Assembly: GCF_037042905.1 (NCBI RefSeq)
Contig: NC_087252.1
Location: 5,210,001 to 5,274,000, forward strand
Reading direction: 5' to 3'
DNA length: 64,000 bases
DNA from: Lytechinus pictus
Lineage: Eukaryota
Shown here: positions 25,217 through 39,260 of the stretch, one piece after another
How positions within the stretch are numbered: position 1 is the stretch's first letter
Layout of the letters: every line of letters begins with the position of its first letter
Made by a program: the position numbers and the translations under genes
Notes under the pieces: generated by a model
Database searches by the model: none
Seen by the model: the letters and a program-made list of their open reading frames with translations, nothing else
Told to the model about the DNA's origin: nothing

Positions 25217-28200
25217 ATATCAGTTGTGGGTTGGTCTATATACACTGTAAAAACCTCTCTGAATTAGTAGTTAACATTTAATGTATAAGTAGAAGTAGTT
25301 TTGGATTAGGTAGTACAAAATATTTTATTCTTTTGTTTAATCAAATAAAGAGCAACATTAAACAGTCACTCAGGAAATTTCAGATTTCTTTTAAGGCTTT
25401 CGGAAAATGTTAATATTATTCTCACTCTTTTATTTGTTAAAAATGTCAGTACGTATCATGTACAGGTAAGTGACAATGCAAAAAGTCAAGTATTTTGATA
25501 AAAGATGTCTAAGATAAAAATGATGCCTTTAAAAGTGGGAGATGGGGGAGCAGACTTTCGAATCACGAAAGTCCACTTCCCCATTTGTTTTTCCCAAATA
25601 TTTAGTGATTGTTAGTGATTGTTTAGTAATTTAAGTTTAAGTTTATTTTCCTTTGACATGACGGGCATTTGAGAATACATTTTCTATATTCTTGGATCCT
25701 CTGTAGGTCGTTGAGCGAAAAAGAATCTCTATTGTCATCATGATCAACGAGAGTTCACCAGTATCATCATTATCATCAACAAGTACCATCATTATTGTTA
25801 AGATTATCATTATTATGATGATGGTGATCATTTCGATGATGCTAATAATGTAGTGATGCTATTAACAAATTTGATGGTGGAAATGATAATCATGTTTGTG
25901 GTTATGATGACAACCGTTCATAATAAACATGATTGTTAAGCTAATAATGATAATAATTGTAGGATGATGATGATCATTTTAGTCAGTATCATTATCACTG
26001 TCAACTTCTTATTGATTATCATCATCATCATCATCATCATCAGCATCATTATCATTTATCATCTAGTGATGAATACTTAGAAAATCAAAGATAAGCAGGT
26101 AAAAAAAAACCACAAACGTATTTTTAAATGATAATGCATGAAATTTACTGAGGAACTTTATTGTCATATAAGATCACCTGTGCAAGAGCAAACTTTCAAA
26201 CAATATACAAACAGGTTTTTTTGATATTTACATGTAACAATGCATAGGTAAAAATATTATCAAATGAAAACAATGTTCAGACATGGAAGTGAAAACGTGG
26301 ATTCATAATTTACAGATCCCGACAAGTTAACCGTGAACAGAATAGGAGAAATGAAAGACTGATTAATATACAAATAGGCAAACATGCACATTATGAGTTT
26401 GACGGTATTTACAATATGCGACAAGCACGAGATGCCTGCATCTTCACTAATTTTACGAATAAAAACGTATGCATTATTTAATTTATAACACAGGTCAGTA
26501 GGATGTATTTGGAGTGGAAATATTGTTGATTGATTTGATTTATTGTTTCTTCCGCATTCATAACATTCATATACAATTTTCATTACATAACAAACATAAT
26601 ATATTGGTGATTGATTTTGGTATGAATCATAAAGAAAAAGAACTAAATAAAACAGTCATTCTAAACAAATATCTGCCCCCCAAAAATATCATTTACAGTT
26701 TGCAGGAGAAGGATTGTCGTTATAAACAGATTGCTTGAAAAAAATGACAACTTGGATTCTTGTCTAGGAACGCACGAAAAAGTCCCATCTGCTTTGTGTT
26801 ATGATATCACATGCGCGCCTAGGTAGGCTTTTTTTTTGCCAAGAAAGGCCTTTATTTCAGCGGAGCGTTTCATGAATGGCATTGTCGGACAGGTATCAAA
26901 CTGCTTCTTAGCCAATCAAATTAAAGCATATGGGTGTCGATTCCCGGGGGAGGGGGGGGGGGGGCGTGGACTTATCCTCCAATATTTCAGGTGGGGGGAT
27001 GGCCTGTATTATCATTCCCCAAATAATTAAAGCTCGAATATCATGACATTTTTTTATGTAAAGAAGCATAAATTATGACAATTATTATCATTAAAGAAGA
27101 TTGATAACGGTAATAATAATAATAATTATAATAATTATATTATTACTACTTCTCCTTATAATAATACAAATAATGATATAATCATAATAATTACAAAATA
27201 ATAACAACAATTATAATAATTATAATATTGATGATTATTGTATCGATGTTGACTTTATATTTTGTTTTGGATTAAAACCATTATTCTAGGAAACCGTTAA
27301 AAACAGGTGGATAGAGAAAAAAAATCGAGGATGATATACACAAATATATATGTTCATGTTTTCATACATGACATTGTTATATTTCTTTAATACGCCTCTC
27401 TCCTCAACCAAGCGCTATTGGATGTGTCCCGTTTATTTACCCCCTTCTGAATTTCTCTTCATTTTTGTTAGTTTTATTTTAATATTCAGGTTCATGGTGT
27501 AAAGTATAGAACATAATAAAAAAGAAATGAGAATCGAAACTCAAAAGTGTAAGAAAGGAAAATAACCATAACAACCGATACGAGTCGACAGGATGGCTTA
27601 TTTTCAGGTCATTTTTTTTCTATATTTTAGCTCGCATTAATTATCTATAGCTCCTACAAAGTTCTTATTCCTATTGTAGACATAAATCTAACATCATAAG
27701 TTTCGGTCTTAAGCACTACCCCACTGGTGCACAGATTTGGGGCTTAGAAGTAACAGACACCCGTAACAGACAAACGTCAAATTTTTCTGGAACATTTCAA
27801 GGTAATTGTTCCTTTTTTCTTAGATTTATGTAAAATCATGTATTTCCAAAATTTTCAATTTTGGGGAAAAAATGACAAAAATGCAGTTTTCTACTAAAAA
27901 TCTCAGCCAAATTATCTATTTATCCCTTATAAATATTACCAAATTATAAGATTTTTTTTCATATGACACTAATTTTGTCGCAATTAAATGTTCATATCAA
28001 AATTTATGTACGGAAATTCAAATTTTCTGTAAATTTGGCGGCCATTTTGGATTTATGCAAATTAGACGTCTTTCCACTACTGGGATTCTTCTGGACTTTT
28101 CGTATGTCATTTTGGGGACTTCAGGAAAATGCATTGTGGTAAAAAAAATTATATTGCAATTTGTTTGCGGTTGATCCCCAAAATCACTTCTTTTTCTAGA

Positions 28201-28333
28201 CTAATGCCACTTGATTTTAGGTTATTCAAAAGAGCAAAGACCAACGTCGAGGTAGATGTCAAAAAAAGACAATAGGTTTAGAAATCCGTATCATCGGGAT
28301 GATGAGTATTCATATTCCTTAGATGCGTATGTA

Positions 28334-29191
28334 GGGGAAGGCGGGGTAAGTTATAACACTTTTTACATTTTGCATGTTAGAATTGATATAACTAATAATA
28401 TTGTAGTATAAAGTACCTTGCCTTTAAATTTGATTCTTTGGAAATATTTTTCACCTATATATAACTTTCTACCCCCACACTGAAAGTCATTGTGACCTTT
28501 GAAAAAAGACGATGTCAAATGGCTCAACTTGCCCAATCTGTGGGGCAAGTTGTGCCACCTTCTGGGGTAAGTTGAGCCACAAAAACTATGTAAAAAATGT
28601 ATGCGGGAAGAACCGGCATGTCCATTATTTATTAAAGTCTTTTCACTTGCTAATTCTCTATAAATACTAACATCCTCTTAAAATAAAAGAACTGTCATTT
28701 GAATTTGCTCTGTTCTGCCTGCATATCAATGGCTTTTTATGTTTTTTTTTATTATTATACATTGCCATAAGAATTACCATGGCTCAACTTGCCCCGTGTT
28801 GGCTGCCACAAATTACCCCAGTCCGAACTTAATGCGATACTTTCACATCCACACATTTTTTATGCATCCATCATGTAAAAGACTATGACAAGAATGAGAA
28901 TCCATACCTGGACTAACAATATTGTTCTTATTTCTTTATTATATTCAAAGACGTGTGTGGGTAAAAAACACTGATCTATTTCACACCCTTTTTTACTTGT
29001 CTTGCTGAATTTTTTTATTTTTCCCTCTAAAAATGTACTTTTTGTTTCAAAGTTGAAAACAATGTGGTGGGGTTACGGGTTATGTAATGGGTCATCAATG
29101 CATGACACCACCACAATGTCTGACTCATTCATTATTGGCCTGGGGGTGGTGGCTCAACTTACCCCTATGCTCAACTTACCCCGCCTTCCCC
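28334..29191. mobile_element. TA-flanked MITE
   Basis: TA|GGGGAAGGCGGGGTAAGTT...AACTTACCCCGCCTTCCCC|TA. Confidence 0.8.
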
Positions 29192-30498
29192 TACTCATTA
29201 TTGTTGATATTATCATAAACAACTCGTTGATCTTGTGAGGCATTCATGGGTAAATAAATCCGAAAGAACTTAGAGTGACGGTTTAAGTGAATGTAAAGTA
29301 ATTTCTATTGACTGTATTTTCGTTCATTAATGCATCGTTAAGATTATACGGTTCCACTTTCCATATTCATTATCTGAAGAAAAAAAATAAATGAAAATAA
29401 TAGGAAATACACGTGTTTTATTAGAACATTTAAGTCGCTAGTCTGTTATATTTTCTTTCTAAATTTCATTAACGTTTTTATAACATTTTAGCATTAATAC
29501 TTTTCCCTATACACAAGCGGATTCGAAATCGGGGGGGGGGGGGGGGACATCCTTCCTTATTTTCTCAGAGTGGCGTTATGCCTTCAATATTCAATTAACC
29601 TCCCCCTTAAAGGTTTACTCCAGGCTTAACATAAAATTATTTGACTTGGGCAAAGATAAAGAAAAAATAAGATAAACCCTAAAAATATGAGCAAAATCAA
29701 ACAATGAATAACGAAGTTAAAACAATTTAAAGATTTGGATTCTTTGCCAGTCTTCAATTTCATATACTGATGATGTCATATCATCACTTGTTCTTTTGTA
29801 TGTCATTACATGAATTTATGTTTATTCATATTTTGTCCTCCAAGATCTAAAAAGGAATTAATTGACAGCTGATTTAATGCATTAGATATTCATTGCTGCA
29901 ACTTGTTTAAATATAAGGGAAATATATCATGCACGATATAAGGAAATGTGAAATAATTATGATTTCATGTAATAACGTAAGAAAAATATATGTGCGGATG
30001 TGACATCAACAGCCCTCCTAATGAACATTAAGACGTGCATGAACTGTTTTCACAAAATATTGCTTAACTTGAAAATTCAATAACTTAAATATTTGTTATC
30101 AGATTTTTATGATGTCTTCAGCATTTTTCTCTGTAAATTTTATTTTATTTATTTGAATGTGATTATTTTCAGAAACTCGTTTAATAGGACAATTAAGTTT
30201 AATAGTAAAGTTTTTTGTTTGTTTCAAACTCACAAGAGGAATCGAGTCCAGGATTACGTGCATGTATTACTTTTGTTGTTGATTTATATTTTCTTTTGTT
30301 TTTACTATTGTATGTTTTTATTTTATGACAGGGCCGTTGTGGAAAGCAGTTTTGAAACCGACAATGCCACCCTGTATAAATAAAACTACAAATTAAAAAA
30401 AAGGAATACAAAATTAAACGTGTACACTGGACCCCTCGGAAGAACACCCTGAGGCCGTAGAGTGCGATCTAGCCCAAGAGTGGAGAATAAATATAGCG

Positions 30499-30660
30499 GA
30501 GGTGCCGTGGCCGAGTGGTCTAAGGCGCCTGGCTATACATGAAAAAGTCCGGGGTTCGATCCCCGGCCGCGGCAGCTATGCCCGTGAGCAAGGCTTTTAA
30601 TCTACAATGCTCTTTTATCCTACTTTCAAATAAATGGAAATGCTTTATGCATTATTGGTA
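30499..30660 (+). mobile_element. tRNA-derived SINE (mirror copy ~33930-34090, minus)
   Basis: A box TGGCCGAGTGG and B box GGTTCGATCCC. The sequence continues into a body ATGCCCGTGAGCAAGGC with no terminator and no clean anticodon arm. Confidence 0.7.
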
Positions 30661-32123
30661 ACTAGGTGTGAACTTGAAAAGTTATTTGCAATATTTGCAG
30701 CCTTTATCTATAACGGACTTGTCTCTGTATTCGTGTTAGATTTTTGTCACAATAATCACTTTTAAGAACATTTTATGAGCAATTAACCTGGCATTCGTAA
30801 CCAGTGCATGGCTTCACAGTAAATAGGCCCTACTCCAATCATATTCTATAATAAAGGTAAATAATTTGTTTTAAATGATGCAGATAAACATCACTTGAAT
30901 ATTCAGGTTGAGACATATTTTTTTTCGGGGGGTACCTAGATTTAAAAAGACCTAGACTTTCAATTCTCAATAATCAGAGGAACCTTCCTTACAAGCTTTG
31001 CTTTAACAAAAATAATATATTTTTCTTTCATAAGTTGGTTTTTTTAAGATGTCATGACTTATGTCTGGTCGGGGATCCCATGGAAAAACAGTATTGTAAT
31101 GTTGACAAAACTGTATGGGCCATCCATCAATTCTGTATATCATTTTGTTTTTTATACGAAAAACATAAATGCTATACTATCGTATCCTTACTTTTTTACA
31201 TTCATACTGTCCTAGCGGGAAATTCCATTTGTAGCGGCATGAATATAATTTGGTATATTTGCTATAATCTTGTACTGTATATATGTATGTATATTTTATA
31301 CAGAGTCAGTGGAAAGAGACCGTAAAAGAGTGTCGACGATTTGTCTTCTTGAACTAAAATTCGATCTAATTTGTAACTTTAATTTTTGAACGATTCTTTT
31401 TATTTGTGTATCGCCATATAAAATACTCTCATCTACATATCTGTGACACCTAGTTAAGGCACAATATCATTAGGCTATCATTCTATTACTCTATTAGGTT
31501 ATTATAAGCATATCTGAATACTGTTTGGTCTTATAGTTTAGGAATCACTTATTTATTATTATTAATTATGATTCATCATGGTTTACAATTTTTACCAGTT
31601 CTTCTTTATCTGTTATATATTTTCTATTTACTTAGATAAAATGAATATAGTCAATTATCATTGCAAAGCCTCAAAACGCAGTATCAATAATTTTTACGTG
31701 TTGATTAAAAATAGAGTTGTGATGAGAACTCAAGAAAATACACCATTCATAACAGCAACACGTGTGCGTCATAGCGCGTTGTCAGCTCGGGTCAAAGGTT
31801 ACGTGGTTTTCCCAAACCGATCAGTAATCTATATTTAGGCTCTCAATACAATGGTTGATGTCCTTGCCAAGTTTCTGGTGCAGCTGTACATGCATCAATG
31901 AATAGAGTCTGATTATGCTATATTTTGTTCATATCATTTTTGCGTGCCCGACATTATTGTATTTTAGCATACACATTATTTAGAAATTTCAAATGCTTAA
32001 ATATTGTACATTTATATGTACACGTTTGGTTAATCTTTTGAAGGCAGGTTTAGAAAATCAAAATATTTGATTGATTGATTGATTTTATTCGTCAAGAATA
32101 TAACAGGAGATTACAATAAAATT

Positions 32124-32522
32124 TTATAACATTTTACAATGGAAGCTACCCGAGAGCATTATAACCAGTAAAAATCACACATTTTGTACAGTTGGTTTCT
32201 AGTAATGTAGATAATGTAGGGTATGTTGAAATATAATCTTGTTTAATATATTAGGAGGATTGTTGTTTGCTTCAGATGTTTGCATATTATTTGACTGATG
32301 GATATGTATGTATGTATTTCATTATTATTGTTTTAAAACCATATTCCAGTACTTGTCGTAGTTTATACTTTTTGTTACAATATGTTAATGTTTTATACTA
32401 ACTATAGGACCCCATTGGAAATAAGCCTTTCGGCTTTCATGGGCCATCCTTTCAAGGTATTCTTCAATTTTATTGTAATCTCCTGTTATATTCTTGACGA
32501 ATAAAATCAATCAATCAATCAA
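32124..32522 (+). mobile_element. LINE (CR1/L2 group) 3' end
   Basis: QWKLPESIITSKNHTF-like ORF end, hairpin AAGCC-TTTC-GGCTT, AATAAA and (ATCA)n tail. Confidence 0.55.
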
Positions 32523-35500
32523 ATATTTTGATTTTCTAAACCTGCCTTCAAAAGATTAACCAAACGTGTACATATAAATGTACAATATTTAAGCATTTGA
32601 AATTTCTAAATAATGTGTATGCTAAAATACAATAATGTCGGGCACGCAAAAATGATATGAACAAAATATAGCATAATCAGACTCTATTCATTGATGCATG
32701 TACAGCTGCACCAGAAACTTGGCAAGGACATCAACCATTGTATTGAGAGCCTAAATATAGATTACTGATCGGTTTGGGAAAACCACGTAACCTTTGACCC
32801 GAGCTGACAACGCGCTATGACGCACACGTGTTGCTGTTATGAATGGTGTATTTTCTTGAGTTCTCATCACAACTCTATTTTTAATCAACACGTAAAAATT
32901 ATTGATACTGCGTTTTGAGGCTTTGCAATGATAATTGACTATATTCATTTTATCTAAGTAAATAGAAAATATATAACAGATAAAGAAGAACTGGTAAAAA
33001 TTGTAAACCATGATGAATCATAATTAATAATAATAAATAAGTGATTCCTAAACTATAAGACCAAACAGTATTCAGATATGCTTATAATAACCTAATAGAG
33101 TAATAGAATGATAGCCTAATGATATTGTGCCTTAACTAGGTGTCACAGATATGTAGATGAGAGTATTTTATATGGCGATACACAAATAAAAAGAATCGTT
33201 CAAAAATTAAAGTTACAAATTAGATCGAATTTTAGTTCAAGAAGACAAATCGTCGACACTCTTTTACGGTCTCTTTCCACTGACTCTGTATAAAATATAC
33301 ATACATATATACAGTACAAGATTATAGCAAATATACCAAATTATATTCATGCCGCTACAAATGGAATTTCCCGCTAGGACAGTATGAATGTAAAAAAGTA
33401 AGGATACGATAGTATAGCATTTATGTTTTTCGTATAAAAAACAAAATGATATACAGAATTGATGGATGGCCCATACAGTTTTGTCAACATTACAATACTG
33501 TTTTTCCATGGGATCCCCGACCAGACATAAGTCATGACATCTTAAAAAAACCAACTTATGAAAGAAAAATATATTATTTTTGTTAAAGCAAAGCTTGTAA
33601 GGAAGGTTCCTCTGATTATTGAGAATTGAAAGTCTAGGTCTTTTTAAATCTAGGTACCCCCCGAAAAAAATATGTCTCAACCTGAATATTCAAGTGATGT
33701 TTATCTGCATCATTTAAAACAAATTATTTACCTTTATTATAGAATATGATTGGAGTAGGGCCTATTTACTGTGAAGCCATGCACTGGTTACGAATGCCAG
33801 GTTAATTGCTCATAAAATGTTCTTAAAAGTGATTATTGTGACAAAAATCTAACACGAATACAGAGACAAGTCCGTTATAGATAAAGGCTGCAAATATTGC
33901 AAATAACTTTTCAAGTTCACACCTAGTTACCAATAATGCATAAAGCATTTCCATTTATTTGAAAGTAGGATAAAAGAGCATTGTAGATTAAAAGCCTTGC
34001 TCACGGGCATAGCTGCCGCGGCCGGGGATCGAACCCCGGACTTTTTCATGTATAGCCAGGCGCCTTAGACCACTCGGCCACGGCACCTCCGCTATATTTA
34101 TTCTCCACTCTTGGGCTAGATCGCACTCTACGGCCTCAGGGTGTTCTTCCGAGGGGTCCAGTGTACACGTTTAATTTTGTATTCCTTTTTTTTAATTTGT
34201 AGTTTTATTTATACAGGGTGGCATTGTCGGTTTCAAAACTGCTTTCCACAACGGCCCTGTCATAAAATAAAAACATACAATAGTAAAAACAAAAGAAAAT
34301 ATAAATCAACAACAAAAGTAATACATGCACGTAATCCTGGACTCGATTCCTCTTGTGAGTTTGAAACAAACAAAAAACTTTACTATTAAACTTAATTGTC
34401 CTATTAAACGAGTTTCTGAAAATAATCACATTCAAATAAATAAAATAAAATTTACAGAGAAAAATGCTGAAGACATCATAAAAATCTGATAACAAATATT
34501 TAAGTTATTGAATTTTCAAGTTAAGCAATATTTTGTGAAAACAGTTCATGCACGTCTTAATGTTCATTAGGAGGGCTGTTGATGTCACATCCGCACATAT
34601 ATTTTTCTTACGTTATTACATGAAATCATAATTATTTCACATTTCCTTATATCGTGCATGATATATTTCCCTTATATTTAAACAAGTTGCAGCAATGAAT
34701 ATCTAATGCATTAAATCAGCTGTCAATTAATTCCTTTTTAGATCTTGGAGGACAAAATATGAATAAACATAAATTCATGTAATGACATACAAAAGAACAA
34801 GTGATGATATGACATCATCAGTATATGAAATTGAAGACTGGCAAAGAATCCAAATCTTTAAATTGTTTTAACTTCGTTATTCATTGTTTGATTTTGCTCA
34901 TATTTTTAGGGTTTATCTTATTTTTTCTTTATCTTTGCCCAAGTCAAATAATTTTATGTTAAGCCTGGAGTAAACCTTTAAGGGGGGAGGTTAATTGAAT
35001 ATTGAAGGCATAACGCCACTCTGAGAAAATAAGGAAGGTTCAAAAGTTGCAAAATGACACAATATTGAAAGTCACTGTTCTTTTCTTCCATGGTGATGAG
35101 TGAGTTTCTCAGCGGCACCTTTCAGTTGTTTTCATGCACCTTAACATCAACATTAAAATTGAATCAAACACACCTCTGCACAAGCAAACACATAACAAAC
35201 AAACCATCACTACATAAACCACAACAGAACATGAAATATGAAGAAGCAGAATTGATTTTCATCTCTATTGACACTGACAAAAGAATCGTGTTCTGTATTG
35301 ACCCTTCATGACTATTTCTGCTCGTTTGGCAGCTTTTCAAGTCAGACCTCATCCAACAATTTTGAATGTTGCTCTTTTTTGATGGCATGATCATAACAAG
35401 CATGGTATCATTTTAAAGAGAATCAAATTATCTTTTGAAAGATATCAAATATCTATTGTGTAAAATTTAGAGTTGGGAGAAATTAATGGCCAAACTCAGA

Positions 35501-36784
35501 TTTCCAAACTTTTTTTGCTCGTTTTGCAGCTTTTCAATTCAGAATTCATCCAACACTTTTGAATCTTGCTCTTTTCGTGATGGCATGATCATAACAAGCA
35601 TGGTATCATTGTAAAGAGAATTGAATGATCTTTTAAATGATGTCAAATATGCATTGTGTTAAATTTGGAGTTGGGAGAAATTAATGGCCAAACTCAGATT
35701 TGCAAACTTTTTTTAGGGGTTTATATGTGGGGAAATATAGATCACTAGACATTTATCATTCAGCTGGCATGTCAATGAGCACTTGCAACGCACTCGGAAT
35801 GAACTCATACGAAACTCGCTGTAACTCGGGGTGCTCGATCTAAAGTCGCGCTTATCTCGTGGGCACCTCCACTTGACTCGTAAAACGATCGCAATGCTCG
35901 TATCTCGCTCTTGAAAACTCGGAACGCACTCGCGTATACTCAGATGTGGCGAGTTATTACGAGTTATCACGAGTTTATCTCGAGCTTCTTACGAGTTATT
36001 GCGAGTACTGCGAGTATATAACGAGTTTAGGTGAGTTCAGCACGAGTTACAGCGAGTAAGCAAAATTTTTGAACATGTTCAAAATTTTTGAAACTGCTCA
36101 CGACTTCAAGGAGAGTTGTCCCGAGCTTGAACGAGCTCCGCCGAGCCATGCCGAGTTGTTGCGAGCTATCCCGAGTTTCATGGTGAGCTTTATGCGAGTT
36201 ATCGCGAGTGCCTCATTTTGGCAACTCGCTTTAACTCGCCATAACTCGCGATGTTAACTCGCCAAACAGGGCGTGTCATAGCGCGAGAACCGTAGGGCGC
36301 AGCGAGCTAAAAATTATTTCGACTTTTACGGTGCCAATCATCGCATACATGTATGCAAAACAAATGAGCAAATTTGGAGTCGGTACGATTTAAATTCCCT
36401 TGTGGAGGGTGATTCGACACGGAATGACCCTATTACAAATATACATACATTTGCATAATTAACCAATCTCAAATAGAAATGATAAGTATTCTGAAAGGTA
36501 CATATTATTATTATTTTATATTTCTGTAAAAGCGAATATTACAAGAAGAATATTGTAGAAATAACATTCTGCATTGTCAATTTGGCAGCCATTTTGTTTA
36601 TGCAAATTAGGTGGAAAACATAAGAAGTCGGCTGGTAACCGGTCTTGTCAGATATAGCACAATAAAATTGACTGGTTCTCAACGTTTACCCCCAAAATGG
36701 CTCTCGAAAATCTATTTTCCCTATATGGGTCTTGTCTAAGGGTAAATTATATACTGCACAATAAAAAGATATAGGCTTACTCAC

Positions 36785-36851
36785 ATTCTGAAATGCTACT
36801 CATGACCATGAAAACGATGAAGATGAAGTATGCTTTGTTTGGTGAGAACAT
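36785..36851 (-). CDS. First coding exon (signal peptide MFSPNKAYFIFIVFMVMSSISE), paralog D; downstream exons not found
   Basis: Kozak GCCACCATG, 67 nt, phase-1 GTGAGT donor. TATA-like TTTATAAG at ~36979-36986 upstream. Confidence 0.65.
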
Positions 36852-37609
36852 GGTGGCTGCAGAATAATTTAGCATGGTTGATATGAAATGAACTGCACAA
36901 CTGTGGAATGCGGTTGAATGATTAAAAATATCGATGATATTCAATTATCCATTTGCTGTCAACCGTCTTCGACTGTTTCTTATAAACGGAAAACTGCAGT
37001 CTCTTTCCTCATTAAGCGGTTTCTCGCTCTCGATACATTAAGACAAATAGCAAGCTTGAAATAACAAATTTTGATACACAGCATCACGAGGCAATTAAAA
37101 TCCTTTCGCGATTCGTACGGAGATTAATACATGTTCAAATTAATAATTGCGGCATATACATAGCTTTTGTTAGATCCAGATTTGTTTGGTTTTGGCTCCA
37201 GGTAGACTAGAAACCTTCAACTGGGGTTCATGATCCAATTGCGTTCTCCTGCAGAAGCACGACTGAAATCAGGTTCTATGATATTGCACAAACACCAACG
37301 TAGAGAGGTAGTCGTAGAGGGTTTAGTCATCTGCAATGGCAGAATATTGAGTACTCATTCCATTTACATAAGGATGTGCGCATGTATGTTCTCAGTGCTG
37401 TTGTTATTATCATGAATAGCAATTCCCTATTGTTAAGGCTGATGCAAGTACAGTGCGTATTAAGATTTCCAAAGAACGTTAAATCACAGTTACTATTATT
37501 GCATAATCATTGCATAATATCCTGTTATCTTGTTAGGACAACATCGTTCTTGTTACCAAAATGAATTAATATCATTTTCGGAAATACGAACCTACTTTAA
37601 TTTTCGGAT

Positions 37610-37994
37610 TATTATTATTTGTTTGGCGTCACCTGTGCCTGGGAGGCGAAAAGCGAACTGAATCACCATGACCCGCGGGTCTCTCCTCCCGATATAACTT
37701 ACTGGGGGAATGCAGGTGGACCACTACACCGGGGTTTCCCCCTTCTCTTATACGAATAGTGGAGTGGGTTATTAACGTGCAAAGGTGGTGACTCTCCTCT
37801 ACACGGGGCCTCCATTTAACGTCCTATCAGAGGGACGAAGTGTTTTCCATTGTGACATAGCCTGCATGTATGAAACATGGGAGAGACATTTACACACAAC
37901 GCACTGGCTTCAGTCATCCGCCAGGGGTGGACTCGAACCCACGATCTTTGATTCGACGGGCAGACGCGTTACCGACTGAGCCATCACCGCTCTC
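37610..37994 (-). mobile_element. tRNA-derived SINE with MetaSINE-like core and (AAT)n tail
   Basis: Minus strand has A box TGGCTCAGTCGG, B box GGTTCGAGTCC and core GGACGTTAAATGGAGGCCCCGTGT...GCACGTTAATAACCC. Confidence 0.75.
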
Positions 37995-38435
37995 TACGAA
38001 CCTTATTTCGTTTTTGGATTTACGAACCTTTGGATTAACGAACCTCTTTTCGTTTTCGGATTTACGAACCTTCGGATTAACGAACCTCATTTCGTTTTCG
38101 GACTAACGAACCTTCGGAATTACGAACCTCATTTCGTTTTCGGACTAACGAACCTTCGGAAATACGAACTTCATTTCGTTTTCGGACTAACGAACCTTCG
38201 GAATTACGAACCTTATTTCGTTTTCGGACTAATGAACCTTCGGAAATACGAACCTTCGGAATAACCGAACCTTCGGATTAACGAACCTTCGGAAATACGA
38301 ACCTCATTTCGTTTTCGGACTAACGAACCTTCGGAATTACGAACCTTATTTCGTTTTCGGACTAATGAACCTTCGGAAAAACGAACCTTCGGAATAACCG
38401 AACCTTCGGAATAACGAAGCTTCGGAATTACGAAT
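37995..38435 (+). repeat. Tandem repeat array paralogous to 13488-13780
   Basis: Same 16/42-bp units and same right flank. Confidence 0.9.
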
Positions 38436-38817
38436 GTATGCGCATATGTATATTATATAATTACACTTAGATTTAAATGAGGAGATTTTTCCAAATGCGT
38501 GTAATTATATGGAATTACATCCTAAATGAATATAAATCATTAATAATAATTCCCTACAATAAACGTGCTTTAGTTTGTACGATTTTGTAAGTTTTTTTTT
38601 CTGATTCACTATAACGCACAATTATGTTATACTTTCTCATGCTGACCCTGTTCTAGCGAGGAATTCCATTCAATGTTTGCGTCATAGCTCGTTGTCAGCT
38701 GGCAGGGTAAAAGGTTACGTGGTTTTCCCCAGACCGTTCAGGTATCTATATTTAGGCTTAAGATGTCTGATGTCCTTGTGTTGCAGCTGTACATGCACCA
38801 CTGAATACAGTCTTATT

Positions 38818-39260
38818 ATGATATCTTTTTTGGCATATCATATTTGTGTGACCTACATTATTGTGTTGTATTGTAACGTGCATATTTTGTGGGAAATTTC
38901 ATATGCTTTAATATTGCCCCATAGCGTACATCATAATTATGTACACATTTGGCCGGTATTCTCACGTCATGTTTATCTTGGCTTGAGCTATGGTATAACT
39001 CTGTGCTAAAATTATGGAATTACGTGTCAAAACTATAAGCATTAGGCCTATGTGTTTCCTATCTTTACATGGCTCTTTCCTCACCATGTTTTTTTTAAAG
39101 CAGAATTAACTATTTTCAGCAAGTATTCTCAATCAGTATAAGCTGGCTAATTAAACATATTCTGTTTGATATTACTTACACAATTGGATATCCATAGTTA
39201 AAGCACAAATTTAGACCAAATTTTAAAATAATGCGGACCTTTGTTTTTGAGATATGTTGG
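38818..39260 (+). pseudogene. Decayed signal-peptide/LRR frame of the plus-strand module (best-preserved copy)
   Basis: ATG at 38818 begins MISFLAYHICVTYIIVLYC...VYLGLSYGITL*. It is followed by KTISIRPMCFLSLHGSFLTMFFLKQN*L and YLHNWISIV, which resemble LxxLxLxxN repeats. Confidence 0.4.

Larger units (their letters stand above)
29551..35038. repeat. Long inverted repeat: arms 29551-32123 and 32466-35038 (2573 bp each), 342 bp spacer
   Basis: Mirror-image identical ORFs appear in the track. The only differences noticed are two 1-nt homopolymer indels. Confidence 0.95.

Noticed and set aside
29325..29375. Candidate exon 2 acceptor for paralog D (TTTTTTCTTCAG, minus strand)
   Set aside because: All frames stop within ~16 codons and there is no similarity to the LRR-like exon of paralog B.
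30499..30580. Functional tRNA gene
   Set aside because: The anticodon arm is irregular and the sequence runs on into a SINE body without a terminator.
29551..35038. Palindrome as a foldback transposon
   Set aside because: No TSD or transposon-type termini. The arms consist of host module, SINE and MITE sequence.
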